A DNA stretch of 55,910 nucleotides from Chiloscyllium plagiosum (GCF_004010195.1 NC_057752.1:14417240-14473149), one strand, 5' to 3'. Positions 38,895 to 51,667 are shown, counted from the stretch's first letter. A program made the numbers and translations. Notes: generated from the sequence alone by a model not told the origin.

Positions 38895-39872
38895 CTCACA
38901 ACCCACTTCACATTCAATAACAAAATCTACAAACAAGTTAACGGAACACCTAAGGGATTACCAATATCAGGGCTCACAGCAGAAGCAGTAATGCAGAGAC
39001 TTGAACAAGCTGCCCGAAACGTCAATTCTCCTGTTCCCTGGATGCTGCCTGACCTGCTGTGCTTTTCCAGCAACACATTTTCAGCGCTGCCCTCCCATCT
39101 ATCCAAACCAAACTTTGGGTCCGCTACGTAGATGACACCCTTGTCATCCCAACACCCACTTACAGAGCTGCATCATGACATTATTTCAATAAGCTACATC
39201 ACACTGCAGCACTCAAGAACCACAAAATGTAGAACAAGAATATCTATTTTCTGTTTTCAAGTAAAATGGGTACCCGATAAACACAATCTGCTGATTCCTC
39301 AGAAACAAACCCAAACAAGCAGACACAACGCAACCAAAAACTGTGGCCACATTACCTTACATCAAAAACATATCAGAAATGACTTCCAGACTACTCAGAT
39401 CCCTTGGCATCATGGTAGCCCACAAACGTACCAACACACAAACAGTGACTAGTGAACCTAAAGGATCCATTAGATACTACCAGCAAAACTAATGGAATTT
39501 ACAAGATACCATGCAAGAACTGTAAAAAACACTACGTCGGACAACAGACACATCCTAGGACAGGTGAAACAAAGACACACACGAGCATTCTTAGAGGCAT
39601 GGCACTCTAACCAGAACTCCATCAGTAAATACATTGATTTAGATCCTATCTACCTTCGCTTGAAAAAAGGAACCGGAAATGACATCGCCCACCTTAAGAA
39701 ACCAAGATGTATAAATAGAGAGGCAGGCCATACCACCAGTGCTTCACCGGAGACTGTCATTGATGATGTTATGTAGTATGGTGATGAAAGGTCTGAAAAC
39801 AAACTTTCAAGCTCAGTGAGCAACCTTACATACTTATCATCAACCTGAGCTACAAATCTTCTCAAAAATCAC
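38895..39872 (+). mobile_element. inverted, internally deleted copy of the 35630-37323 Penelope element
   Basis: Reverse complement of the upstream copy; 39144-39544 reads identical to 36030-36430. Confidence 0.9.
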
Positions 39873-41429
39873 TAATGGAATATCTGTGGCAAAGCAAGAC
39901 GAAGAATACATTTATGCTGAACATAAAAAGGAACCCAAAACTGTTTTAAAAATATAGCAACAGTAAAACAATGGTCAAATGAAGAATGGGCTTTTTACAG
40001 ACCAAAAGTGAATACAACCCCCTGCAAGTTCCCCTCCAAGCCCCTCACCATCCTGACTCGCCGTTCCTTCAGTGTCATTGGGTCAAAATCCTGGAATTCC
40101 CTCCCTCAGGGCATTGTGGGTCAACCCACTGCACATGGACTGTAGCGGTTCAAGAAGGCAGCTCACCCCCACCTTCTCAAGGGGGCAACTAGGGACAGGG
40201 CAATAAATGCTAGGCCCAACCCGTGACGCCCATGCCCCTTGATTGAATAAATAGAAGAAAACTTCTGAAAACTTGTAAAACCTATACAAAAGATCGCAAT
40301 CATTTAGGAAAGCACTCTCAAGGCCTGTTAAGACCTGTAAAAGTTAGCAATGGCCCTAAATACCTCTGAAAGCTCATTTACCCATTTATCCTCAGAATGA
40401 CTCGTAAACAATTCAAACAGCTACATGTCATGATGGCTCAAAGGCCAGGAAAATACTGTAAAGAAATTTAGAGATGTGTAAGGATGTAGAAACTTTGGAG
40501 TAGGCCATTCGGTCTCTCTCCCTCACTGTGCTATTCAACAGGCTGATCTCCTGCCTCAGCTCCCAGCTGCTCCCATCATTCCTCGACTTCCTGAGAGAGG
40601 CATCAAACTCTGGAATGAACATCCTCAATCAATGAGGATCCACCCGCCTCTGGTGTGAGAGAATTTCAATGATTCACCCACCCCTCTGAGTGAAGAAATG
40701 TCTCCTTATCTCAGTCCAAAATGATCATCCCCTTCCCCTGCTCCTCACTCCGCCCTCCACCAATTTGTGTTCTAGATTTCCCCAGCCAGGAGGTAACAAC
40801 CTCTCAGTATGGACCCCGTCAAAACCCTTTGAGATCGAGTCTGCCTCAATGGGATGTCTGCTCATTCTGCTCAACTCCATTGAACATCAATCCAGTTTCC
40901 TCAGACTCTCATCACCTCCAGGCCAAGCACATTTTTGTTTCGTATCGGACACCAACACTGCGGATTGCCTTTCACGTGCATTCTGACCATTGTCACCTTT
41001 CCGTGCAGCAAATCCTCCTGACTCTGATACCCTGGCTGACATTCTCAAACTGGCCTGCAGAATTGCTTGCTGGATTGGCGAGTTGATTTTTTGTGATTCA
41101 TGTGCAAGGACATCCAAACACCACAGAAGGCAAACACTTACTCAGCTTCATAGCTTTGAAAAAAATATGCAGCCTCTGTATTCTCCTGATGGACCAAGAT
41201 GGACAATTTCACATTTGCTCACAGCAGAACCCCATCTGCCATCTTCTTGCATTCATGATGAAGGGCTTATGCCCGAAACGTCGACTCTCCTGCTCCTCGG
41301 ATGCCGCCTGACCTGCTGTGCTTTTCCAGCGCCACCCTTTTCAACTCTGACTTCTCCAGCATCTGCAGTCCTCACTTTCTCCTGATCACTTAACCTGTCT
41401 GCATCCCTTTGATTGGCTGATTTATTGCT

Positions 41430-42160
41430 GAAACTTTATTGCTGGAACAGCACAGCAGGTCAGGCAGCATCTAGGGAACAGAAGATTCGACGTTTCGGGC
41501 ACATGCCCTTCTTCAGGAATGAGCAGAGAGTGTTCAGCAGGAGAAGATAAAAGGTAGGAGGAGGGACTTGGAGGAGGGGCGTTGGAAATGTGATAGGTGG
41601 AAAGAGGTCAAGGTGAGGGTGATAGGCCGGAGTAGGGTGGAGGCGGAGAGGTCAAGAAAAAGACTGCAGGTCAGGAAGGCGGTGCCGGGCTGGAAGGATC
41701 CGGCTGAGACAAGGGGGGGGGAGGGGGGATGAAGAAACTGGTGAAACCCAGGTTCATCCCCTGCGGTGGGAGGGTCCCCAGTCGGAAGATAAGACGCTCC
41801 TCCTCCGACCATNNNNNNNNNNNNNNNNNNNNNNNNNNNNNNNNNNNNNNNNNNNNNNNNNNNNNNNNNNNNNNNNNNNNNNNNNNNNNNNNNNNNNNNN
41901 NNNNNNNNNNNNNNNNNNNNNNNNNNNNNNNNNNNTGGGTTGGTGGGGGGTGTAGACCTGACGAGGGAGTCGCGGAGGGACTGGTCTTTCCGGAACACTG
42001 ATAGAAGAGGGGAGGGAAATATATCCTTGGTGGTGGGGTCCGTTTGGAGGTGGCGGAAGTGACAGCGGATGATGCGCTGTACATGGAGATTGGTGGGGTG
42101 GTTGCGCTGTACATGGAGATTGGTGGGGTGGTTGCGCTGTACATGGAGATTGGTGGGGTG
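41430..42160 (-). mobile_element. Penelope-like element 3' part with pLTR; contains N gap 41813-41935 and a 30-bp x3 tandem at about 42073-42160
   Basis: RIIRCHFRHLQTDPTTKDIFPSP..FRKDQSLRDSLVRS and EEERLIFRLGTL motifs. Confidence 0.85.
41489..41516 (-). ncRNA. minimal type I hammerhead ribozyme core on the SLC11 pre-mRNA strand
   Basis: CTGAAGA-A-GGGC-ATGT-GCCC-GAAAC-GTC on the minus strand; core intact. Confidence 0.75.
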
Positions 42161-42294
42161 ATTTATTGCTGTCATGTGTACCGCAATACAGTGAAAAGTG
42201 TTGCTTTGCATGCTGTACAGGCAGATTGCGCCATCCAAAGTGCATCAGGATTGCAGACAGAGGAGAGAGAGAGAGAGAGAGATCAGAATTAACA

Positions 42295-42995
42295 TTTCAG
42301 ATCCAGTCAAAAGTCTGTTAACAGCAGGGAAGAAGCTGTTCCTGAATCTAGTTGTATGTGTTTTCAAACTTTTGTATCTTCTGCCTGATGGAAGAGGGTG
42401 GAAGCGAGTGTAATCGGGGTGGGAGGGGTCTTTGATGATGTTGGCTGCCTTCCCGAGGCAGTGGGAAGTGTAGACGGAGTCAATGGATGGAAGGTTGGTT
42501 TGTGTGAGGGACTGGGCTGTGTTCACAACTCCCTGTAGTTTCTTACAGTCCTGGGCAGAGCAGTTGCCAAACTAATGCATGATGCATCCAGATAGGCCAT
42601 TGTATGGTGCATCTATAAAACTTGGTCAGAGTCCTCATGGACAATGTCAAATTTCTTTCGCTTCCTGAGGAAGTAGGGACGACGTTGTGCTTTCTTGACC
42701 GTTGCATTGACGTGGGTGGACCAGGAGAGATTGTTGGTGACCGCCACGCCCAGGAACTCAAAGCTCTTCAAGCACCTCCCCCTCAGCACCATTGATACAG
42801 ACAGGGGCACGTACTCCACTCTGCTTCCTGAGGTCAATAAGCAGTTCCTTCATTTTGCTGACGTTGAGGGAGATATTATTGTCTTTACACCATGCCTCTT
42901 TCCTGTGCTTGGTCTCGTTGTTGTTCAAGATGACAAGGGTGGTGTCATCAACAAACTTGCAACTGGAGTTGGGGCGGAATTTGGACACATAGTGG
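42295..42995 (-). mobile_element. Rex1/Babar-like LINE fragment
   Basis: KFVDDTT, WCKDNNISLNVSK.KELLID and KKAQRR.YFLRK motifs. Confidence 0.8.
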
Positions 42996-43396
42996 TGAAC
43001 CTTGTGACGATGCTGCCAGTTTTAAAAGGTTCTTTCATCCTAGTTTTATTTGAAGAGAGGCCGTAAAGGCAGAGGAGGAGTCCGGGGTGTTTAATAGTTT
43101 AACAATGGAAAGGGAGTGGACAGTTCACCTCAATCAGGTTTTTTTTTAGTACTTTTTGTGCTGCAGCATTCTCAAGACGTTGGAGCCTGGAAGTGTTGCA
43201 AGCTTCAGGTAAGGATTCCTCTGACCTTCTCCGAAATCCCTCTCTGGATGTTGTTCCCTCCTGCCTGTAAGAATCTATACTTGAATTTACCTTTCTACCA
43301 AGCGGTGTGTTTACGGGATGTTACTGTTTTGGAACAGCGAGTTAGTTAAGTTACTGTATCTGGTCAGTTAGGTTTTCCAATAGTTAAATTGGAACC

Positions 43397-44847
43397 TTGC
43401 TCTCCCGAAGTCTCCAACAGTATCCCTCCACCGACACTCTCATTTGTTTGACTGAACTGGTCCTCACCCTTAACAATTTCTCCTTTGAATCCTCCCACTT
43501 CCTCCAGACCAAAGGGGTAGCCATGGGCACCCGTATGGGCCCTAGCTATGCCTGTCTCTTTGTTGGCTGCGAAGAGCAGTCGATCTTCCGTAATTACACC
43601 GGCACCACTCCCCACCTCTTCCTCCGCTACATTGGTGACTGCATTGGCGCCACCCCGTGCTCCCGCGAGGAGGTTGAGCAATTCATCAACTTCACCAACA
43701 CATTCCATCCTGACCTTAAATTTACCTGGACCATCTCTGACACCTCCTTCCCCTTCCTGGACCTCTCCATCTCCATCAGTGACGACCGACTTGACACTGA
43801 CACCTTCTACAAACCCACCGACTCCCACAGCTACCTGGATTACACCTCTTCCCACCCTACCTCTTGCAAAAATGCCATCCCATATTCCCAATTCCTCCGC
43901 CTCCGCCGTATCAACTCCCAGGAGGAGCGGTTCCACCATAGAACACACCAGATGGCCACCTTCTTTAGAGACCGCAATTTCCCTTCCCACCTGGTTAAAG
44001 ATGCCCTCCAANNNNNNNNNNNNNNNNNNNNNNNNNNNNNNNNNNNNNNNNNNNNNNNNNNNNNNNNNNNNNNNNNNNNNNNNNNNNNNNNNNNNNNNNN
44101 NNNNNNNNNNNNNNNNNNNNNNNNNNNNNNNNNNNNNNNNNNNNNNNNNNNNNNNNNNNNNNNNNNNNNNNNNNNNNNNNNNNNNNNNNNNNNNNNNNNN
44201 NNNNNNNNNNNNNNNNNNNNNNNNNNNNNNNNNNNNNNNNNNTGCACATTCACTAATATCATTTATTGTATCCGTTGCTCCCGATGCGGTCTCCGCTACA
44301 TTGGGGAAACTGGATGCCTCCTAGCAGAGCGCTTTAGGGAACATCTCCGAGACACCCGCACCAATCAACCCCACTGCCCTGTGGCCCAACATTTCAACTC
44401 CCCCTTCCACTCTGCCGAGGACATGGAGGTCCTGGGCCTCCTTCACCGCCGCTCCCTCACCACCAGACGCCTGGAGGAAGAACGCCTCATCTTCCGCCTC
44501 GGAACCCTCCAACCCCATGGCATCAATGTGGACTTCATCAGTTTCCTCATTTCCCCTCCCCCCATCTTGCCCCAGTTCCAACGTTCCAGCTCAGCACCGT
44601 CCCCATTACCTGTCCTACCTGCCAATCTCCCTTCCCACCTATCTGCTCCACCCTCCTCTCTGACCTATCACCTCCATCCTCACCCCCATTCACCTATTGT
44701 ACTCTTTGCTACCTTCTCCCCAGCAACTTTCCTGCCTCTATTCCTGATAAAGGGCTTTTGCCTGAAATGTCGATTTTCCTGCTCCTCGGAGCAGGAGCTC
44801 CTGCTGCCTGACCTGCTGTGCTTTTCCAGCACCACTCTGATCTAAAC
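43397..44847 (+). mobile_element. Penelope-like element (RT C-half plus GIY-YIG plus pLTR); N gap 44012-44242
   Basis: QTKGVAMGTRMGPSYACLF, RYIGD (YIDD mutated), FYKPTDSHSYL and NIIYCIRCSRCGLRYIGETG motifs; degenerate hammerhead at about 44744-44771. Confidence 0.92.
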
Positions 44848-45304
44848 AATACATGAGATCACTGCATCAGAGTCACTGATGTCAAGAGCAATGCCTAAAG
44901 CCCAGGCACTGATCCAAGGTACAACCAGCCAACATGAAAATGGCTGATTTTATTCTCACTCTCTATTTTCCATCTGTTACCTAGTCCACAATCGCTGTTC
45001 ATACATTCGCCCCAATCTCACGAACTCCGATCTTGTGTGGCACCTTAGTGAGCAGTTTCTCATGATCCACTGGATCCCTCTTAGCTATCTAGCTAGCTAC
45101 ACCCTCAAAGCACTTGAATGGATTTTCTAAGCACGACTTCGCTTTTGCCAATATGTTTTGACTCTATCTAACCATGTTAGGATTTTCTAAATGCCCTGTT
45201 GCCACCTCCATAATAATAGACCAGTCAAAGACTTATTGAGGTCTGTGAAAAGTTGGGAACACCCATTGAAACTCTCAAAGGATCGTAAAGACTTCCACAC
45301 AAGC

Positions 45305-46669
45305 ATAGAATCATACAGCACAGAAACAGACCCTTTGGTATAACCAGTCCATACCGACCATGTTCCTAAAGTAAATTAGTCCCTTCTGCCTGCTCCTGGC
45401 TCATATCCCTCCAAACCTTTACTTTTCACGTCCTTATCCAAATGTCTTTTAAACGTTGTAACTGTCCCCACATCCACCACTTCCTCAGGAAGTTCATTCC
45501 ACACACGAACCACTCTCTGTATAAAACAATTGCCCTTCATGTCCTTTATAAATCTTTCTTCTCCCACCTTAAAAATATAGTTTTGAACTTCCCATTTTTT
45601 TACGATTAGTTGAGATTAGATTCCCTACAGTATGGAAACAGGCCCTTTGGCCCAACAAGTCCACACCAACCCTCTGACGAGCAACTCACCCAGACTCATT
45701 CCCTTACCCTATATTTACCCCTGACAATACTATGGGCAATTTAGCATGGCCAATTCACCTAAACTGCACATCTTTGGATTGTGGGAGGAAACCCACGGAG
45801 ACATGGGGAGAATGTGCAAACTCCACACAGACAGTGGCCCTAAGGGTGGAATCAAACCCAGGTCCTTGGCGCTGTGAGGCAGCAGTGCTCACCACTGAGC
45901 CACCGTGCTGCCCTAAATTTTGCCATTCACTTGATCTGCACCCCTCATGATTTTATAAAACTAAGGTCACCCCTCAACCTCCTACACTCCAGTGAAAAAA
46001 ATCCCAGCCTATCTTTATAACTCAAACCCTCCATTCCCGGCAACATTCTGGTAAATCTCTTCTGAACCATCTCCAGCTTAATAATCTCCTTCCTGTAACA
46101 GGGTGAGCAGAACTGGACACCGTTCTCCAGAAGAGGTCTCACCAATGTCCTGTACAATCTCAACATGACTTCCCATACTCAAAGGTCTGAGCAGTGAGGG
46201 CAAGCGTGCTAAATGCCTTCTTAACCACCCTGTCTGTATGTGATGCAAACTTCAAAGAATTATGTACCTGAACCCCGAGGTCTTTCTATTCTACAGCACT
46301 ACCCAAGGACTGACTTTTAACTGTATAAGTCCTGCCCTTGTTCATTTTACCAAAATGCAATACCTCATATTTATTCAAATTAAACTCCAGCTGCCACTCC
46401 AACCCAATGACCCAATTGATCAAGATCTCCCTGTAATCTTAGATAACCTTCTTCAATGTCCACTATGCAACCAATATTGGTATCGTCTGCCAATTTACTC
46501 ACCGTGCTTCTTGTCTTCTCATCCAAATCGTTAATATAAATGGCAAACCAAAGTGGACCCAGCACCGATCCCTGCCGAACACTGCTGGTAACAGGCCTTC
46601 AGTCTGAAAAACAACCCTCCATCACCACCCTCTGTCTCTGATTGTCAAATCAAATTTGTATCCAATTGT
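45305..46669 (-). mobile_element. CR1 LINE (RT to 3' end) split by a V-SINE (about 45610-45912)
   Basis: LGPLWFAIYINDLD..SKLADDT and LYRTLVRPLLE motifs plus tail. Confidence 0.88.
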
Positions 46670-46675
46670 ACTTAC

Positions 46676-46762
46676 CCCTTTGTAGATGTCGACACTGAGA
46701 GTGCTGTTATTGTTCGGGAAGAGGTCAGAGTGTGGACTACTGCTGTTGGCGCACACTTCGTG
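46676..46762 (-). CDS. SLC11A2: SLC11/Nramp exon, glycosylated TM7-TM8 loop, 87 bp
   Basis: [29 protein letters not shown], with tttcgtag acceptor and GTAAGT donor. Contains N-x-S/T sequons. The 29-codon length is DMT1-like (NRAMP1 has 30, as recalled). Confidence 0.95.
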
Positions 46763-47194
46763 CTACGAAAGGGAAAAATCATGTCAGATATATTTCTAAA
46801 CTGTACAGTCTTTTCACTTGGCAATCCAAGCACTCTGTAGCAATACATCTCACGTCAATACTACTCCGAACCTTCACCACACTTTGCGTGAGGTAATATT
46901 TCCTAATTTCGCCCCCTGAAAGATTTCGCTCTAATTATTTTGCTGCATCCACAAGCCCTGGAAGTCGATGGAAGGTGTCACCAACAGTGCAATCAAGCAG
47001 CACCAGCTCAGCAATAATCTGCTCAGTGATGCCCAGTTCGGGTTCCACCAGGGCCACTCAACTCCTGACCTCATTACAGCCTTGGTTCAAAAATGGACAA
47101 AAGAGCTGAATTCCAGAGGGGAGGGGAGAGGGACAGGCCTTGACAACACCTCATTGAAACTTCTAGAATACTGAGAGGACAGCGTGGAGAAGAT

Positions 47195-47485
47195 GTCTCA
47201 CAGCGCCAGGGACCTGGGTTCAATTCCATCCTCAGGCAACTGTCTGCACTTTCTCCTCTGTGTCTGCATGGGTTTCCTCCCACAATATAAAGATGTGCAG
47301 TTTTGGCCATGTTAAATTGCCCATAGTGTCCAGGGATGTGTAGGTTAGGTGCATTAGTCAGGGGTAAATGTAGAGTAATTGGGTAGGGGAATGGATCTTG
47401 GTAACTTACTCTTTGGAGGGTCAGTGTGGACTTGTTGGGCCAAATGGCCTGTTTCCACACTGTAGGGCTTCTATGATTCTATGAT
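47195..47485 (+). mobile_element. V-SINE, internally deleted
   Basis: Partial head and V-domain plus TTCTATGA tail. Confidence 0.8.
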
Positions 47486-48659
47486 TTAGTAGGAGAGACC
47501 CGGACCTGAGGGCACAGCCTCAGGGTGAAGGGGGCGACCCTTTCAAACTGAGGTGAGGGGAAATTCTTGCAGCCAGAGGGTGGGAAATCTGTGGAACTCA
47601 TTGCCACAGAAGCCTGTGGAGACCAAGTCAATGAGCATATTTAAGACAGAGAGATAGACTGGTTCTTGATGAGTAAGGGGATCAAGGATTATGGAGAGAA
47701 GGCAAGAGAACGGGGTTGAGAAATATATCAACCATGATCAAAAGGCAGAGCAGACTTGAGAGGCCAAATGGCAAAGTTCTACTCCTATATCATATGGACA
47801 TCCATTCCACGTTTGACTGAGTGCGGCATCAAGGAACCCTGACAAAACTGGAGCCAATGAGGATCAGAGGGAAAACTCTCCACTGGTTGGAGCCATATGT
47901 GGCAGATAGGAAGATGGCTGTGAGGTCACTCAGCTCCAGGTCATCTCTGAGGGGTGTAATAACAGGGTAGTTATTTTGCAGGAGTTCAACATCTCCAATA
48001 TTAATTGCGATGGTCATAGTGTAAGGAGTTTCGAGGGGAAAGATTTCTGGACATGTATCTGGGAAAACGTTTTCTATCAAAGTATAGATGGTCCAACAAG
48101 GGGATGGCACCTAGTGCTGCACCTGATTCTGGGGAGAGAACGTGGACAGGTGTTCGAGGTGATAGTGGGGAAGCATTTTCAGAATAGTCACCACAACACC
48201 GTACACTTGATAAGTTTGTTACGGAAAAGGAAGAAGATGGTCTGCCAAATAAAAAGGTGCTTTGGATTGGGGGAAGGCAGGTTTTATTAAAAATAAGGCA
48301 GGAAATAAGGTAGACTGGGAACAGGTACTTGAGGGAAATTTCACAGCAGAACAATTTTCGATAAGGAACTGGGGAGAGTACAGGCCCAACATGTTCCCTT
48401 TAAGGCAGACCTGGGCATTTTACGGCCTGTGGGCCATATCCGGCCCTTTGGTTGTTCGTGTCTGGCCCGCATGAGGTCAATCTTAAATTAGAACATAAAT
48501 GAAAAAGTATTTACGCCATGCATGCAATACAACTGTGTTGCTTTCGTTTTGAAAAGGATGCTTTTTTTATTTACGTATGGACGCACATGCACATGTATGT
48601 GCGTACGTGCGTGAGCAGCTAAAAGTGATGCTTGCTGGTGAGCCCTCAAAATGTCAGCT

Positions 48660-50061
48660 CACGCCAAGACAAGTTATGTCATATCCCACAAAATCGCCAG
48701 AAACAGTAAACCGTTTTCTGATGGAGAGTTTATTAAGAAGTGCTTGTTGGACTCTGCAGAACTAATATACCCGGAGAAAAAGGAGGCATTTGAGAATGTG
48801 CCCCTCTCCTGACGCACTGTAACGAGAAGGATTGGGGACATCGCGAGAAATCTGGAGCTTCAGCTGCAGCACAGAGCGGTCAACTTTGACTTTTTTTCCT
48901 TGGCTTTGGATGAGAGCTGCGACATACGTGATACAGCCCAGCTACTCATCTTTGTACATGGGATAACTACGGACTTTAAAATCACGGAGGAGCTGGCAGC
49001 CATGCAGTCAATGAAAGGAACAACAACTGGTAATGATTTGTTCACGGAGGTAAACGCATGTTTGGACACGTTGGGACTAAAATGGGACCAGCTGGCAGGT
49101 GTGACAACGGATGGTTGTCCAAATCTAACGGGAAAAAATGTTGGACTCTTAAAGAGAATGCAGGATAAAGTGACAGAAATTGACCCTGAACAGAAATTGG
49201 TATTTTTGCACTGTATTATACATCAGGAAGTGTTGTGTAAGTCAGTGTTAAAAATTAACCAAGTGGTTGATGTTGTAACTAAAATAGTTAACTTCACAGG
49301 GCAAGAGCTTTGAATCACAGGCAGTTTTTGCACTTTTGGAGGAAAATGAGACTGAACATCGTGACATAGGCTACCACACAACTCTCAGGTGGCTCAGCCT
49401 GGGCAAAATGCTGAAAAGTGTATGGGACCTGAGAGAAGAGACTCAAGATTTCTGTGTGAAGAAAGGGAATGGCATTCCACAGCTTTCAGATGCAGACTGG
49501 ATTGCAGACCTTGGTTTTGCTGTTGATGTGACTGCACTTATGAATGAACTAAATGTGAAACTGCAGTGCAAGGGCCTTTTTGTGCATGAAATGTACAACT
49601 TGGTGAAGGCTTTTATGAGAAAGTTGCAGCTTCCCTCAAGCCAAATGGAGGACAACATTCTCACCCACTTGCCAACACTGAAGGAAGCCGCACCTTCAGC
49701 TGATCACCTCCACAGGTATTCATCTATGTTAGAAACACTGCATGGTGAATTTTCAAGGCAATTTCAAGACGTTAAAATGGTTGAGAATTTTAGGTCAGTC
49801 TCACTGCTTGATTTTTACTCTTCCCTCAAAGAGGAGAACTTTCCACACACAAGGAGGCATGCTCAGAAGATTCTAGTCCTCTTTGGATCTACCTATATAT
49901 GTGAACAGACATTCTCAGCGATGAAGTTCAACAAATCCAAATCCAGATCCTCTATCACTGATGATCACCTCTCAGCTGTCCTTCGCATGTCCACCTCAGA
50001 CATTCAACCAGATTTTAGTGCACTTGTTCAAGCCCAAAACAGACTGGATTTTTCTCACTAA
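48660..50061 (+). pseudogene. hAT transposase pseudogene (GTF2IRD2/SPIN-like)
   Basis: ALDESCD, TTDG, HCIIHQE (CxxH), RWLS and FGSTYICEQTFS motifs. In-frame TGA near 48810, frameshift near 49300, no BED finger visible. Confidence 0.9.
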
Positions 50062-50256
50062 ACAAGTAAAATGAACTGAAAACATCAAAAGCACTTATTG
50101 CTTTTTATATAGAGTTGTTTGTTGTTTGTAATACTGAACAATAATGAAACAACTTTTCATTATTGGTTTGTGAGATTAACACGTTAAAAATAAAATGAAA
50201 TACTGAAATTATTGTTTTTACTGTTTATATCTTCTATATTTGACCTACTCCACAAT

Positions 50257-50560
50257 TTCATATCTTTATTGTAACAGAATATCCTTATTCTTTTGTTGAT
50301 AAGTTTCAGTGCAAAACTATATCATTTAGTACTTTTTACAATGGGAGAAAATTGATACTGAGCAAAATTGTGTTCAACTTATTGTTGGTTCAGCCCTCCA
50401 ACACAACTCAGGTTCATATCTTTATTGTAACAGAATATCCTTATTCTTTTGTTTATAAGTTTCAGTGCAAAACTATATCATTTAGTACTTTTTACAATGG
50501 GATACTGAGCAGAATTATGTTCAACTTATTGTTGGTTCGGCCCTCCAACACAACTCAGGT
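50257..50560 (+). repeat. roughly 150-bp tandem duplication in the hAT 3' subterminal region
   Basis: Units start TTCATATCTTTATTGTAACAGAATATCC at 50257 and 50413. Confidence 0.9.
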
Positions 50561-51667
50561 TTCTCATGTGGCCCCTTGGAAGAATTAATTGCCTACCCCT
50601 GCTTTAAGGTGAGACGGAGCAGCAACAAGCCCAGAGAACCATATATGTCAATGAATATTCGGGACTCGCTCTTACTGAGTCATAGGAGCCATTTGAAATA
50701 TCATCTATGAATCCCATTATCCCACAGAAGATTCCCTGGGGTTTCTCTTATCAAACTTGCTTTATATTTAAGTTTTGAAGGATTCCAGAAAATTTATTTA
50801 CTTGTGGACATACCTGAAGTAGTTTCTTTAAAAGAGGTCACTGAAAGTTCACCATTTAGAGATTTATTTTTCAAAAAGCAAGACTTTAGGGAAGTCACAT
50901 GATGGCAATAACTGCTTGTTTTTCTGCATACCCCTGGTGGGAGCAGCTTGAACGGTGCCTGGCCTGAAGAGGTTCTTGTCTTATTCAGTTCAGTTGGAGG
51001 GAAGTCTGTGTGTGTGTGTGTGTGTGTGAACATTAATCAATGATTGCATCTTTATTGAATAAGCTTTGTTTTGATACTAAACCAACAACTGTACATTTAA
51101 GAAAACTGGTCAATAGATCTTTACTGTTTAAACCTGACATAGACAAGATAATTGATCACTTTGATAACTGGAAAAAGTATGGACATTTTATGTTGTGAAT
51201 GTGTAGGAGTGGGATTGGAACAATGGGGCACTCCTCCAGCCTCAGTCATAACACTCACCACTTTAATAAATCATGGAGTGATGTGTGCAGTTTACCAACC
51301 TAAAGAAATAGTTCACAAATTGAGAGACCTTTGGAACATTGGAGTTGGGGATTTGAAATGGTGTCACCGACATCCTTTAAAATCATGGGATAGAAACCAT
51401 CTGATCCTGGGGACTTGACATTCTTTCCTGCCAATACTTTCTTCATGACTATTATCTTGCAATGTTTTATTGTGTTCCCACCCGTAATTGTATAATAATT
51501 CCCTCACGTGGTCTGGCAAGCTCATTTCTTCCTCTGTTAACATTATCAAACTTGAACGGACCTCTCATATACTAGAGTTGATCTTTCTCTGCACCTTCCC
51601 TGTTGCTAAAGCACTACATTCTGCATTCTGTTCTATTACCCTGATGGACTTATGTAAAGTATGATTT

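Larger units (their letters stand above)
48406..50601 (+). mobile_element. hAT DNA transposon (Buster/Charlie/SPIN-like), non-autonomous
   Basis: Perfect 8-bp TSD CTTTAAGG (48398-48405, 50602-50609) with central TA. Imperfect terminal inverted repeats CAGACCTGGGCA / CAGGGGTAGGCA. Inserted in a CR1 fragment. Confidence 0.93.

Noticed and set aside
41813..44242. Two N runs (41813-41935, 44012-44242) as biological features
   Set aside because: These are assembly gaps inside high-copy Penelope sequence; their lengths are estimates.
43397..44845. 482-aa ORF as an active Penelope protein
   Set aside because: It spans 231 Ns, is 5'-truncated, and the catalytic YIDD reads YIGD.
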